Assembly (NCBI RefSeq): GCF_002075285.3
Contig: NZ_CP021983.2
Location: forward strand, 2,910,001 to 2,942,000
DNA: 32,000 nucleotides
Direction of reading: 5' to 3'
DNA from: Halomicronema hongdechloris C2206
GTDB taxonomy: Bacteria; Cyanobacteriota; Cyanobacteriia; Phormidesmidales; Phormidesmidaceae
Shown here one piece after another: positions 23,519 to 32,000 of this stretch (position 1 is the first letter of the stretch; each line of letters opens with the position of its first letter). A program made the translations under genes and the position numbers. The notes beneath the pieces were generated by a model. The model searched no databases. It saw nothing but the letters and a program-made list of their open reading frames with translations, and was not told where the DNA came from.

Positions 23519-23955
23519 GGTTGGGAATTCTCCTGTACCTCTGGAACCCTGGATATCAAGGGCATTAGCGAGACAGATGGCCTGGCAATGGCCCAGATGC
23601 TGGCCATGCTGGGATTAAGTGGTCAGTCATCTGTCCCTCCCATCATCAAGTGATTGGAGCGCCTTTTGGATGATGAAATTGAGCGCTTGCAGCAAACGTC
23701 GGGTTGCAATCTCCTCGGGCCGAGGCCTGGGACACAGTACGCATTCCCGATGTGACGGCGCTGACGCTGGAGCAATGGGAGGCATTGCAGACCCGCTGAA
23801 GGAGAGGGTGACAGTGTGTACCTTGCTATAGGGATAGTATGAGGCAGCCGAATATGCAGTTGAAAGTGAAATCGAATCACTGACATTTTCAAGCTTAAAA
23901 CTCATCGTCAAGGATATTCTTTAAAGGCTAGGATCTCTTTCAATAGGGAGCTTTC

Positions 23956-24273
23956 ATGAACCAGGTAACGGTGCAAGAGGTGCAGCAGCACTTGCTGGAG
24001 TTGCTCAAGACTTTGAATCCCGGAGAAGCCGTCCAAATCGTGGCCGGAGAGCAGGTTGTCGGTTGGTTAGTGGCTGAGGAGGGAGTAGTCGCCCGTGCCC
24101 CCCGACAACCAGGCAGTGCAGTCGGCACCTTGACTATCGTGGCGGATGATGATGAGCATCTGCAAGACTTTGCGAACTACATGCCAAACGAACTGGCGAT
24201 TGGGCGATCGCAAAACTGCTGTAGCTCCGGTGAGAGTGAGAGAGTCATTGCGGCAAGAGAAGAGTCTGCTTAA
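23956..24273 (+). CDS. Phd/YefM-like antitoxin with a foreign 3' end (no cognate toxin follows)
   Basis: MNQVTVQEVQQHLLELLKTLNPGEAVQIVAGEQVVGWLV...RQPGSAVGTLTIVADDDEHLQDFANYM is the typical cyanobacterial prevent-host-death-type antitoxin. The last ~30 codons are antisense of a ParD-gene fragment (see findings). Confidence 0.6.
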   Translation: MNQVTVQEVQQHLLELLKTLNPGEAVQIVAGEQVVGWLVAEEGVVARAPRQPGSAVGTLTIVADDDEHLQDFANYMPNELAIGRSQNCCSSGESERVIAAREESA

Positions 24274-24319
24274 CTGGATAGCATAAGGATGATGCTCCCT
24301 CAATTTAAGTGAGAAGCGA

Positions 24320-24550
24320 ATGACCCTGGATGACATATTTGCATTAGTTAGACAGCTGTCAGTACTCGATCAGGTCAAACTGATCGAGCGCATTGCACCT
24401 GAGATTGAGCGTGCTTTGCAGAATCCGCAGACTTTACCTCGCAAATCTTTGTGGGGAATCTGTGTCGATCTTGGAGACGCGCCGTCTGACACCGATATCA
24501 CTGAAGCCAGAAACGAGGCATGGGCTAATTTTCCACGGGATGCAATGTGA
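24320..24550 (+). CDS. VapB-type antitoxin (small, acidic C-terminus)
   Basis: This is a 76-aa ORF whose stop overlaps the start of the PIN gene. The assignment rests on position plus size; the fold was not recognised. Confidence 0.5.
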   Translation: MTLDDIFALVRQLSVLDQVKLIERIAPEIERALQNPQTLPRKSLWGICVDLGDAPSDTDITEARNEAWANFPRDAM

Positions 24551-24951
24551 TGCTGCGTGCGGTTATCGATACCCATGCACTTATCTGGTATCTCTATGGG
24601 GATTCCCGACTTTCGTTAACGGCCCGCAATTTTATCGAGCAAGTGGCAGAAGCAGGTGATCAACTTGCGGTGTCGGCCATTACGTTAGCCGAGATGGTCT
24701 ATTTGGGTGAACGAGAACGGATCAACCCACAAACGCTGGAAAGGTTGATAGCCGAAATGGCCTCTGAAAGCACACTTCTGGTAGAAATCCCGCTCAATGT
24801 TGCCGCCGTGTTGACTCTCAAAGATGTGCCCCGAGACATCGTCCCAGAATTGCCAGACCGAATCATTACTGCTACGGCTGTTTCTCTCAAACTGCCTATC
24901 ATTACCCGCGATCGCAAAATTCAGGCGTCGGCAATATCTGTCATTTGGTGA
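24547..24951 (+). CDS. vapC: PIN-domain ribonuclease toxin
   Basis: VIDTHALIWYL (Asp1), AITLAEM (Glu), PDRIITATA (Asp) and ITRDRKI (Asp) are present. It overlaps the upstream ORF by 4 nt. Confidence 0.8.
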   Translation: MMLRAVIDTHALIWYLYGDSRLSLTARNFIEQVAEAGDQLAVSAITLAEMVYLGERERINPQTLERLIAEMASESTLLVEIPLNVAAVLTLKDVPRDIVPELPDRIITATAVSLKLPIITRDRKIQASAISVIW

Positions 24952-25181
24952 TAGGTTGCCGTGATTTCGAGTTGACATGGGAGGCATTGCAGGAGCGGAA
25001 AGCGGTCATTCGCCTGAATGAGCCGCCACCATTGCTGATGATAGAGGTAGTGAGCGAGTCTACCAAGAGCACAGACTATCGGGCCAAGCGGGCGGAGTAT
25101 AGCGTGTTGGATATTCCGGAATACTGGATATGTGATCCGCTCAATTCCGGATGGTGTGGTATTAGAAGGAAAAATTCGTAG
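24945..25181 (+). pseudogene. Uma2-family endonuclease internal fragment
   Basis: EPPPLLMIEVVSESTKSTDYRAKRAEYSVLDIPEYWICDPL is the Uma2 catalytic core (E.vS.s....D...K...Y...gi.eYWivD). Both termini are missing, and the frame runs into a DUF4160 fragment. Confidence 0.65.
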
Positions 25182-25296
25182 CTCTAAGCTTAAGCTCGTT
25201 GCAGCCTGGATTGAAATCCACCAGGATGAACTGATGGCTAATTGGGAATTGGCGATCGCGGGTGAGCAAGTTTTCAAGATTGACCCGCTAAGGTAG
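25160..25296 (+). pseudogene. DUF4160 C-terminal fragment
   Basis: My translation in another frame is VLEGKIRSSKLKLVAAWIEIHQDELMANWELAIAGEQVFKIDPLR*. This matches the DUF4160 C-terminus (l...v..WielH..ELl.nWela.....p.kI.PL). The N-terminal half has been replaced by the Uma2 fragment. Confidence 0.6.
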
Positions 25297-25305
25297 GAGG
25301 AAGCA

Positions 25306-25560
25306 ATGTCTCCCAAGGTTGTAACAGTCGAACCGTTAACGAATTACCAACTGCGACTATTTTTTGATAACAGTGAGGTCAGACGATTTGATGTCTCTCC
25401 GTATCTGGGAAAAGGCATCTTTCAGGAATTAAAAAATGGCTATTACTTTAATCAGGTCAAGCCGTTCTTTGGGGGTGTGCAGTGGCCCCATGAACAAGAT
25501 TTTGGCCCGGATACGCTGTTTTTAGAAAGCGTATTCGAGCGGTCTTGGGAAGCTGCGTAG
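25306..25560 (+). CDS. DUF2442 domain protein
   Basis: VVTVEPLTNYQLRLFFDNSEVRRFDVSPYLGKGIFQELKNGYYFNQV...VQWPHEQDFGPDTLF is present. It sits 9 nt after the truncated DUF4160 partner. Confidence 0.75.
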   Translation: MSPKVVTVEPLTNYQLRLFFDNSEVRRFDVSPYLGKGIFQELKNGYYFNQVKPFFGGVQWPHEQDFGPDTLFLESVFERSWEAA

Positions 25561-25607
25561 GACGAAAGTATCCCGACTGACGCGAGGTATGATGTGACAA
25601 ACTCGAC

Positions 25608-25871
25608 TCATGGCTCGGCGTGGCGATGCCGAAGACGCTGACGAATGGTGTCGATTTCTGAGGAGGCTTTTAGCAGTTCGCCGCGCTCAGCTTCACTTGC
25701 ACCCAGCAAGACCTCGCTGCGGAGTTCTGCAAAGCGTCCCTGATAAAGCTGCTCACGTTCCGCTAGCGCTTGCAGTCCTGCCAGCAGGATGTCATCCAGG
25801 GAGGCGTATTTGCCACTGGCAAGCTGGCGATCGCAAAACTGCTGTAACTCCGGTGAGAGTGAGAGAGCCAT
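25608..25871 (-). CDS. ParD/CopG-type antitoxin, orphan (no ParE downstream)
   Basis: MALSLSPELQQFCDRQLASGKYASLDDILLAGLQALAEREQ fits the ParD_antitoxin pattern (sisL.pel..fi..qv.sGrY.s.sevi...L..L). Confidence 0.7.
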   Translation of the reverse strand: MALSLSPELQQFCDRQLASGKYASLDDILLAGLQALAEREQLYQGRFAELRSEVLLGASEAERGELLKASSEIDTIRQRLRHRHAEP

Positions 25872-25919
25872 TGCTGCACTGGAATGGTCGGTTGATATAG
25901 CTATCAGCTTAGCGCGTAG

Positions 25920-28900
25920 TCAAAGGATGGTAGATGAACCCACTTCACCCGCTGCTGAGCTTTCCGAGGAGTGGTCAACCGCCCCCAACGCCAACATTGA
26001 CGCCCGCTGAGCCTCCGTCAGCCCCCTTACTCCAGTAATGTTGGTGCCTTCATAGGGGCGGGGTATTTGCAACACCTTTAAACATTCGCCCGTGCTCACC
26101 TGCCACAGACGAATGGTGGCATCATTACTGCCTGTCGCTAACCATTGCCCATCGGGACTAAACCCAACCGATCTGACCCAGTTGGTATGCCCTGTTAAGG
26201 TCTGGCGGCATGCCCCCGTGCTCACCTGCCACAGACGAATGGTGGCATCAGCGCTGCCTGTCGCTAACCATTGCCCATCGGGACTAAACCCAACCGAACT
26301 GACCCGGTTGGTATGCCCTGTTAAGGTCTGGCGGCATTTCCCCGTGCTCACCTGCCACAGACGAATGGTGGCATCATTACTGCCTGTCGCTAACCATTGC
26401 CCATCGGGACTAAACCCAACCGATCTGACCCAGTTGGTATGCCCTGTTAAGGTCTGGCGGCATGCCCCCGTGCTCACCTGCCACAGACGAATCGTGGCAT
26501 CATCGCTGCCTGTCGCTAGCCATTGCCCATCGGGACTAAACCCAACCGAACTGACCCAGTTGGTATGCCCTGTTAAGGTCTGGCGGCATTTCCCCGTGCT
26601 CACCTGCCACAGACGAATCGTGGCATCATCGCTGCCCGTGGCCAGCCATTGCCCATCGGGACTAAACGCGACAGATCTGACCCAATTGGTGTGTCCGATT
26701 AAGGTTTTGCGGCATTCCCCTGTACTTACCTGCCACAGCCGGATAATGGCATCTCCACTACCCGTGGCTAACCATTGCCCATCGGGACTAAACGCGACAG
26801 AGTTCACCCAATTAGTGTGTCCGATTAAGGTTTTGCGGCATTCCCCTGTACTTACCTGCCACAGCTGGATAATGGCCTCTCCACTACCTGTGGCTAGCCA
26901 TTGCCCATCGGGACTAAACACCATAGATTTGACCGAATTGGTGTGTCCGGTTAAGGTTTGGCAGCATTCCCCTGTACTTACCTGCCATAGGCGAGTAGTA
27001 GCATCATCACTACCTGTGGCTAGCCATTGTCCATCGGGACTAAACACCACTGAGTTCACCCAATTGGTGTGTCCGATTAAGGTTTTGCGGCATTCCCCTG
27101 TACTCACCTGCCACAATTGGATAGCGCCATCATCCCCACCTGTAGCTAACCATTGCCCATCGGGACTAAACACCACAGATTTGACCGAATTAGTGTGTCC
27201 GGTTAAGGTTTGGCAGCATTCCCCTGTACTTACCTGCCATAGACGGATAGTGGCATCATTACCACCTGTGGCTAACCATTGTCCATCCGGACTGAAAGAG
27301 ACAGAAGAGATTCGCCCAAACGGGTAGGTCAACGCAGATCGAATCCATCGGCTATTGACTAGATTCCATCCATGCAGTTCTATTCCACTTAAATAAATTT
27401 GTCTGAGGGTCAATCGAGAGAAATCAAACGGTTGGACGTCTGATCTCACCTGAACTAGCAAATTTAATAGATTGCCAGCAGCATATCCCCTACCCCAATC
27501 AGAGTGTTGACGAATGGTTTGAAGTGATACGCAGACGTGTTGATCTAAATTGGCAATACAAACTGCAATTGGCTCCAGAATAAGGCGCATCTGGGTTTCT
27601 CGCACATAGTCTTTCGCTGTAGCTTGAATCAACGTATGAGTATGAAAAAGGTCAAATTGTTGAGTATTTAGCTCTCCACTAACCTGCTCAACAAACCGAT
27701 CTGTAGCAAACTCCATGATCACGTTTTGCAGGGTGAACTGCTTGTCCACGGTTTCTATCAGGTAACGGTCAGTCAACCCCCTCAACGCACTCCGCACTTC
27801 CCGCTTCGTCACGGGCGGCAGCAGGTCTTCCATCAACTCATCCAGCCCCACGGGTTCGCGGTTGATTGCCAGCCAGAACAGAATGGAACGCTCCAAGGGC
27901 ACAAGGCGGGTAAGGTGCTGGTCGAGTAGGCTGCGCACATCCTCAACCGCGGCCCCTTCCTCTTCCAGAAAATCATCCACATCGCCCAAGAACTCTCGCT
28001 GAATGGCCGTCGCCACCAGATGTAGTGCTTGGGGATTACCGCTATAGCGACAAATCAGCTCTTGGCCTTGGGTATCGGCTTCATCCAGTTCTAAGCCCTT
28101 TGCCTTCAGAATTGCGCGTCCGGCTTCAATATTGATGCCCGTTACCGACCACAGACGCACAGGGAAGCGATCGCCCGCCATTGGAGCCAGTTCGCGGGGA
28201 CATTCCCGACTGGTCAGCAGCAGGCAACTTTGATGCTCGGCCTCGCCAATCCGGTGAATCAGTTCCCCATACCCTTCATATCCGCCTCGAAACTGCCCGG
28301 TTGATTCCGCCTGCAAAACCGATTCCAGGTTATCTAGCACCAGCAAGCAGCGGTGTTCCCGTAAATAGTGGAGCAGACGAATGATGCGTTCGCCCAGGCG
28401 GGTGGGCAGATTGATTTCCGTTTCCTGCTGGTCCGAGAGGAACTGAATCAGCCGCACCAGAATCTCATCCAGCGGTGGGGCTTCCCGCAAACTGCGCCAG
28501 ATCACATAGTCGAACTGGTCATAAATCTGGTCTGCGACCTTGGCGGCCAGAGAAGTCTTGCCGATGCCGCCCATGCCCAGCAGCGTCACCAGGCGGCACG
28601 GCTCTGTCAGTATCCAGCGGTTGAGGATGGCGAGCTCCTCTGTGCGGCCAAAGAAAATGCTGGTGTCCGGTTTTTCGCCCCAGTCAATTTTGGCCGACGA
28701 TCGCGTTTCCTGAGGTGTTGGCTCGGGACCTGCTGCTTGTGGAGGCAATTCAGGCAGGCCATAATCAGTGGTTTCCAGGTCTAACCCAAAGGCTGCGAAA
28801 AAGGTTTGCACCGAAGCTTCATCTACGGGTGCCGTGCGATCGCAAATCTTCTTGATCGTCTTGCGGCTGATACCTGCTCGCTCTTCCAACTCTGCTTGGG

Positions 28901-29006
28901 TGAAACGCTTGCCGTATTTCTCTCGATCTTGGGCCGCTGCGATCGCAGCTTCCAGTCTCTTTTGGCCGGGCTCGGTGAGGACAACACCGCGTTGACGCTG
29001 ACTCAT
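25920..29006 (-). CDS. STAND NTPase: N-terminal HTH + NB-ARC/AAA-type P-loop + helical arm + 10 WD40 repeats (1028 aa from ATG 29006)
   Basis: The HTH is [20 protein letters not shown]. Walker A is [13 protein letters not shown] (~28545-28585), Walker B is CLLVLDNLE, and LLLTSRE follows. The repeats are ten copies of [11 protein letters not shown]....I.LWQVSTG.C..TL.GHTN. The tail [27 protein letters not shown] is common in cyanobacterial WD40 proteins. The 88 codons upstream of ATG 29006 look non-coding. Confidence 0.85.
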   Translation of the reverse strand: MSQRQRGVVLTEPGQKRLEAAIAAAQDREKYGKRFTQAELEERAGISRKTIKKICDRTAPVDEASVQTFFAAFGLDLETTDYGLPELPPQAAGPEPTPQETRSSAKIDWGEKPDTSIFFGRTEELAILNRWILTEPCRLVTLLGMGGIGKTSLAAKVADQIYDQFDYVIWRSLREAPPLDEILVRLIQFLSDQQETEINLPTRLGERIIRLLHYLREHRCLLVLDNLESVLQAESTGQFRGGYEGYGELIHRIGEAEHQSCLLLTSRECPRELAPMAGDRFPVRLWSVTGINIEAGRAILKAKGLELDEADTQGQELICRYSGNPQALHLVATAIQREFLGDVDDFLEEEGAAVEDVRSLLDQHLTRLVPLERSILFWLAINREPVGLDELMEDLLPPVTKREVRSALRGLTDRYLIETVDKQFTLQNVIMEFATDRFVEQVSGELNTQQFDLFHTHTLIQATAKDYVRETQMRLILEPIAVCIANLDQHVCVSLQTIRQHSDWGRGYAAGNLLNLLVQVRSDVQPFDFSRLTLRQIYLSGIELHGWNLVNSRWIRSALTYPFGRISSVSFSPDGQWLATGGNDATIRLWQVSTGECCQTLTGHTNSVKSVVFSPDGQWLATGGDDGAIQLWQVSTGECRKTLIGHTNWVNSVVFSPDGQWLATGSDDATTRLWQVSTGECCQTLTGHTNSVKSMVFSPDGQWLATGSGEAIIQLWQVSTGECRKTLIGHTNWVNSVAFSPDGQWLATGSGDAIIRLWQVSTGECRKTLIGHTNWVRSVAFSPDGQWLATGSDDATIRLWQVSTGKCRQTLTGHTNWVSSVGFSPDGQWLATGSDDATIRLWQVSTGACRQTLTGHTNWVRSVGFSPDGQWLATGSNDATIRLWQVSTGKCRQTLTGHTNRVSSVGFSPDGQWLATGSADATIRLWQVSTGACRQTLTGHTNWVRSVGFSPDGQWLATGSNDATIRLWQVSTGECLKVLQIPRPYEGTNITGVRGLTEAQRASMLALGAVDHSSESSAAGEVGSSTIL
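26091..27330 (-). repeat. Tandem 126-bp WD40-coding repeats (10 units)
   Basis: The period is 126 nt. Units 26091-26216 and 26343-26468 are identical over 126/126 nt by eye, and adjacent units differ at ~8 positions. The left block (to ~26640) and the right block use different synonymous codons. Confidence 0.9.
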
Positions 29007-29329
29007 GGCGGGCGGGGGGGGGAGATGACACACAGCCGGCGGGAGCCCTTGGGGCGGCAGTGGCGTTTCACAGCACTCGACAATCGGAATGTTAAGGGAA
29101 AGTTCCCGAGGCTTATGCCGATGGTAGGCGATCTTTCCCAAAAATTCCCCTGCCCGGCAGGGCCGGTTGCAGGGGCGATCTAGGGGTGGCCAGAAAGTTT
29201 CTGGCAACCTTCTCCTAAGCTGCCGAACTTCCTGGGAATAACGCCATTGCCCCGACACACTGAGGGCCATGGATGCAAAACTTACCAGGAGACCCCATGC
29301 ACCTAGCCGACGTCTTTCAAACCCCGAGT

Positions 29330-29540
29330 TATTCCCCTATCGCGGCCGCGGCGTCGTGGCCGCACCATCACCCCGGCAGACCGGGGCCGGGTCCGCTTCC
29401 AGGCCAGCTATTGGCCCGCCCGCCTCTTCAACGGCAGCCGGTGGCCAGCCCTAGCGCCAGGAGAACCGGTGGAAGTGGTGGGCCGTGACGGCATCACCCT
29501 ATTGATCAAACCCCTAGGGCGTAGCCAGGAGACAGGATGA
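29330..29540 (+). pseudogene. NfeD-like C-terminal (OB-fold) fragment, N-terminal membrane part missing
   Basis: My translation is ITPADRGRVRFQASYWPARLFNGSRWPALAPGEPVEVVGRDGITLLIKPLGRSQETG*. This fits the NfeD C-terminus (I.pg..GrV.f.Gs.W.Ar......i.pG..V.Vvgr.G.tL.V.P). Upstream residues ([18 protein letters not shown]) sit in two other frames. Confidence 0.4.
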
Positions 29541-29847
29541 AACGGCGACGCTCTCGACCCTGGCTGTTGACAATCACCCTCAGGGCATTGAAATACTCTG
29601 GCTGGCCCTGGTGGGGCTGACCCTGACCTATCTGGTGGCCCTGGCTCTCGGGTTTGGGGTATGGCCGCTCTGGTGAGCGAGTTGACCCTGTGGCTGCTGC
29701 CGCGAGCCTTGGTCTTGCTGGCTGTCTGGTTGCGATCGCAACCGTAGCGAGTCGATGCAGTCCTGAGACCAGCCCATCACAAGTTCCCCATGCCCGTGAG
29801 CTAAGGTCTAGGAGTAATCCCCTAGGCTCCCGTTCAACACTCTTCCC

Positions 29848-30586
29848 ATGGTCCCTGACCCCGCCGCCACCGCTACCCGCCCCGCCGTCTTCCATATGGA
29901 GCAGGTCAGCAAAGTCTACGGCCATGGGCGAAGTAGAAGTCCATGCCCTCCAGGTCCGTAGATCTAGACCTCTACGAAGGAGAATTCGTGGTATTGCTAG
30001 GTCCCTCGGCAGTGGCAAGTCTACCCTGCTGAAATATTCTGGGTGGCCTAGACGTGCCCAGCGGCGGCCAGGTGTATTTTCGCAACAGGCCCTGACCCCA
30101 AGCCCAATGAGCAGGCTCTGACCCGGTTTCGCCGCCATGCCGTGGGGTTTGTATTCCAGTTCTACAACCTGATTCCCAGCCTCACCGCCAAAAGAAAGTG
30201 GCCCTGGTCACCGACATCGCCCGCCGCCCCCATGGCCCCAGACCAGGCCCTGGACCTGGTGGGCCTGGCCGATCGGCTGGACCATTTTCCGGCCCAGCTG
30301 TCCGGGGGGGAGCAGCAGCGGGTGGCCATCGCCCGGGCCATTGCCAAGCGGCCAGAGGTGCTCCTGTGCGACGAGCCCACCGGCGCCCTAGACTTTGAGA
30401 CCGGCAAGCGGGTGCTGGAAACCCTGGAGCGGGTGAACCAGGAATTTGGCACCACCACGGCGGTGATCACCCACAATGCCGGCATCGCCGCCCATGGCCA
30501 ACCGGGTGGTGCACATGCGCAGCGGTCGTATCACCCAGATCGATCGCAACGCCCAGAAGGCCTCCCCCAGTCAGTTGGAATGGTAA
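29848..30586 (+). pseudogene. ABC transporter ATP-binding protein (MacB/LolD-like single domain) with about nine frame-disrupting indels
   Basis: Conceptual repair gives ...[217 protein letters not shown]... The pieces are scattered over all three plus frames. Confidence 0.75.
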
Positions 30587-30619
30587 GGTGCCGTGTGTTA
30601 GCTATCGGCTATGAACTTA

Positions 30620-30705
30620 GGGGAGATGGGGAGATGGGGAGATGGGGAGATAGGGAGATAGGGAGATGGGGAGATGGGGAGATGGGGAGATGGAGAGTGG
30701 GAAGT
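30620..30705. repeat. Tandem octamer array GGGGAGAT (about 10 units with variants)
   Basis: ggggagat x4, agggagat x2, ggggagat x3, ggagagtg. Confidence 0.85.
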
Positions 30706-30752
30706 CAGAATTATCAACAAGATCATCAAGTCGAAGCGAGTTTTGAGGTCTT

Positions 30753-30818
30753 AGTTTTTAGTTTTCAGTTTTCAATTCACAGCATCAAGCCCTAACTCAA
30801 AATTCAAAATTCAAAACT
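30753..30818. repeat. Heptamer arrays (agttttt/agttttc x3; caaaatt x2-3)
   Basis: agtttttagttttcagttttc is at 30753-30773 and caaaattcaaaattcaaaact at 30798-30818. The latter is the reverse complement of the gaatttt array at 16694-16714. Confidence 0.8.
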
Positions 30819-30866
30819 TCTTCTCCCTACCCCCTACTCCCTAACACTTCTGATGTCTGATTTCCA

Positions 30867-32000
30867 ATGAAAGCTCTCAACCAAAAACTCTTTCGCGATC
30901 TATTGCACATGCGGGGGCAGGTGCTGGCGATCGTGCTGATTGTAGCGTGCGGCATCGCCAGTCTGGTGACGATGATGAGCACCTATGATTCTCTGAAGCT
31001 GACCCAAGACACTTACTATGAGCAGTACCGCTTTGCCGAGGTGTTTATGCAGCTGAAGCGGGCCCCCGAGAGTTTGGTATCGCGCATCGAGACCCTGCCT
31101 GGGGTGGGGGCGGTGCAGACGCGGGTGGTGAAAGATGTGACGCTATCGGTGGCGGGACTGGTGGAGCCGGCCACTGGGCGGCTGATTTCCATTCCAGAGC
31201 GGCCCACCCCGATGCTCAACGACCTGTTTATTCGCACTGGGCGCTACCCGGAGCGGGGGGATGAGGTGCTGGCGAGTGAGGCGTTTGCCAAAGCCAATCA
31301 TCTCGGCCTGAATGATACCGTCGGAGCGATCATCAATGGTCGCTGGCAGACGCTGCGGATTGTGGGAACTGCCTTGTCACCAGAGTATGTCTACGAGATT
31401 CGCGGCACTGAGTTGGTGCCTGACAACGAGCACTTCGGCTTGCTCTGGATGCAGCAGGATGCCCTCGGCACTGCCTTTGATATGAAGGCGAGGGGGCCTT
31501 TAACGATGTCCAGCCTGAGGCTCATGCCAGAGGCCAGCGAAGCCGAGGCCATCTTTCAGCTCGACCAGCACCTGGAAACCTACGGCGGATTGGGGGCCTT
31601 CGGGCGGGAAGACCAGGTTTCTAATAAGTTCATTTCCGAAGAGATCCGCATGCTCTCCGCCCAAGCTGTGCTGGTACCGAGCATTTTTCTGGGGATTGCG
31701 GCCTTTTTGCTCAACCTGGTGCTCAGCCGTCTGGTCAGCACCCAGCGGGACCAGATCGCGGTGATGAAAGCGTTTGGCTACGACAATATGGCTGTGGGGA
31801 TGCACTATCTGAAGCTAGTGATGGTGGTGGTGATCTTGGGGGCCATTCTGGGCAGCGGTTTGGGGTGGCGGCTGGGCTGGGGGATGACGCGCCTTTATGC
31901 GGATTTCTACCACTTCCCTTTGCTGCGTTACGAAATCCGTCCGGCAGTGCTACTGATGGCGCTGTTGGTCAGTGGCGGGGCGGCTATCTTGGGGGCGTTT
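30867..32000 (+). CDS. FtsX-like ABC transporter permease (large, YbbP/MacB-like type), 3' end outside the window
   Basis: My own translation is MKALNQKLFRDLLHMRGQVLAIVLIVACGIASLVTMMSTYDSL...AVMKAFGYDNMAVGMHYLKLVMVVVILGAILGSGLGW... It is open for 378 codons to the window edge, and is not in the ORF track because it lacks a stop. Confidence 0.8.
   Translation, partial: MKALNQKLFRDLLHMRGQVLAIVLIVACGIASLVTMMSTYDSLKLTQDTYYEQYRFAEVFMQLKRAPESLVSRIETLPGVGAVQTRVVKDVTLSVAGLVEPATGRLISIPERPTPMLNDLFIRTGRYPERGDEVLASEAFAKANHLGLNDTVGAIINGRWQTLRIVGTALSPEYVYEIRGTELVPDNEHFGLLWMQQDALGTAFDMKARGPLTMSSLRLMPEASEAEAIFQLDQHLETYGGLGAFGREDQVSNKFISEEIRMLSAQAVLVPSIFLGIAAFLLNLVLSRLVSTQRDQIAVMKAFGYDNMAVGMHYLKLVMVVVILGAILGSGLGWRLGWGMTRLYADFYHFPLLRYEIRPAVLLMALLVSGGAAILGAF

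Noticed and set aside
23519-23955. Fragmentary frames (IIKRLERLLDDEIERLQQ; DTVRIPDVTALTLEQWEALQTR*) plus a 16-nt match (atgggaggcattgcag) to 24976-24991
   Set aside because: These are probably more gene debris of the TA/Uma2 scrapyard. No frame is long or distinctive enough to assign.
26092-27327. 411-aa plus-strand ORF with a striking repeat ([39 protein letters not shown])
   Set aside because: It is the antisense shadow of the WD40 repeats. The minus-strand frame carries canonical WD motifs and continues into the NB-ARC domain, while the plus ORF has no independent support.
29506-30138. 210-aa minus ORF and 155-aa plus ORF (29654..30121) in the 29.5-30.1 kb region
   Set aside because: The plus ORF is one of the shifted frames of the broken ABC ATPase (it contains EVEVHALQ and GSGKSTLL). 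The minus ORF is its antisense shadow.

Overview
32-kb segment of a high-GC, HIP1 (GCGATCGC)-rich cyanobacterial chromosome. The taxon, filamentous and Leptolyngbya/Oscillatoriales-like, is an inference from HIP1, heptamer STRR-type repeats and the Uma2/DUF4160/DUF2442/WD40 gene families. Core genes are lepB (partial), a GlnT-type glutamine-synthetase-family ligase with an NtcA-like box, a MetX-like hydrolase plus fatty-acid desaturase, methionine-salvage mtnB and mtnC, EcsC, CHRD, and a cysteine-hydrolase / double-ATPase ABC / cupin / prenyltransferase-like operon. Three accessory patches interrupt them; the first two contain no HIP1 at all. (i) 0.45-8.1 kb holds gene debris (pyrC, GST) and a TIR-like/DUF4062-like gene followed by a TPR gene; these two look like one ancestral ORF now split by a frameshift and an in-frame TAG. 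It also holds a lower-GC, translationally coupled AlbA_2/Schlafen-HATPase + ParA-like pair, Uma2, a DUF4160/DUF2442 pair, MITE-like hairpins, and an odd 3 x ~62-bp plus 9 x 21-nt repeat locus. (ii) 9.6-13.7 kb holds remnants of a Nit1C-type cluster and IS630 and IntI-type integrase stubs, then what I read as a decayed integron. That comprises hairpin repeats with a GTTAGGC core, a ~37-38% GC three-gene cassette of unknown function, and an attC-like imperfect palindrome split by an intact IS1-family element with 8-bp target duplications. (iii) 23.9-29.0 kb holds a toxin-antitoxin scrapyard (Phd-like, VapBC, ParD-like, truncated Uma2/DUF4160) next to a 1028-aa HTH-NB-ARC-WD40 STAND protein. Its ten 126-bp WD repeats are near-identical except at a few codons. 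The last 2.7 kb carries an ABC ATPase riddled with homopolymer indels, and two other genes show compensated double frameshifts, so sequence quality versus real decay must be resolved. No rRNA, tRNA or CRISPR array was seen.
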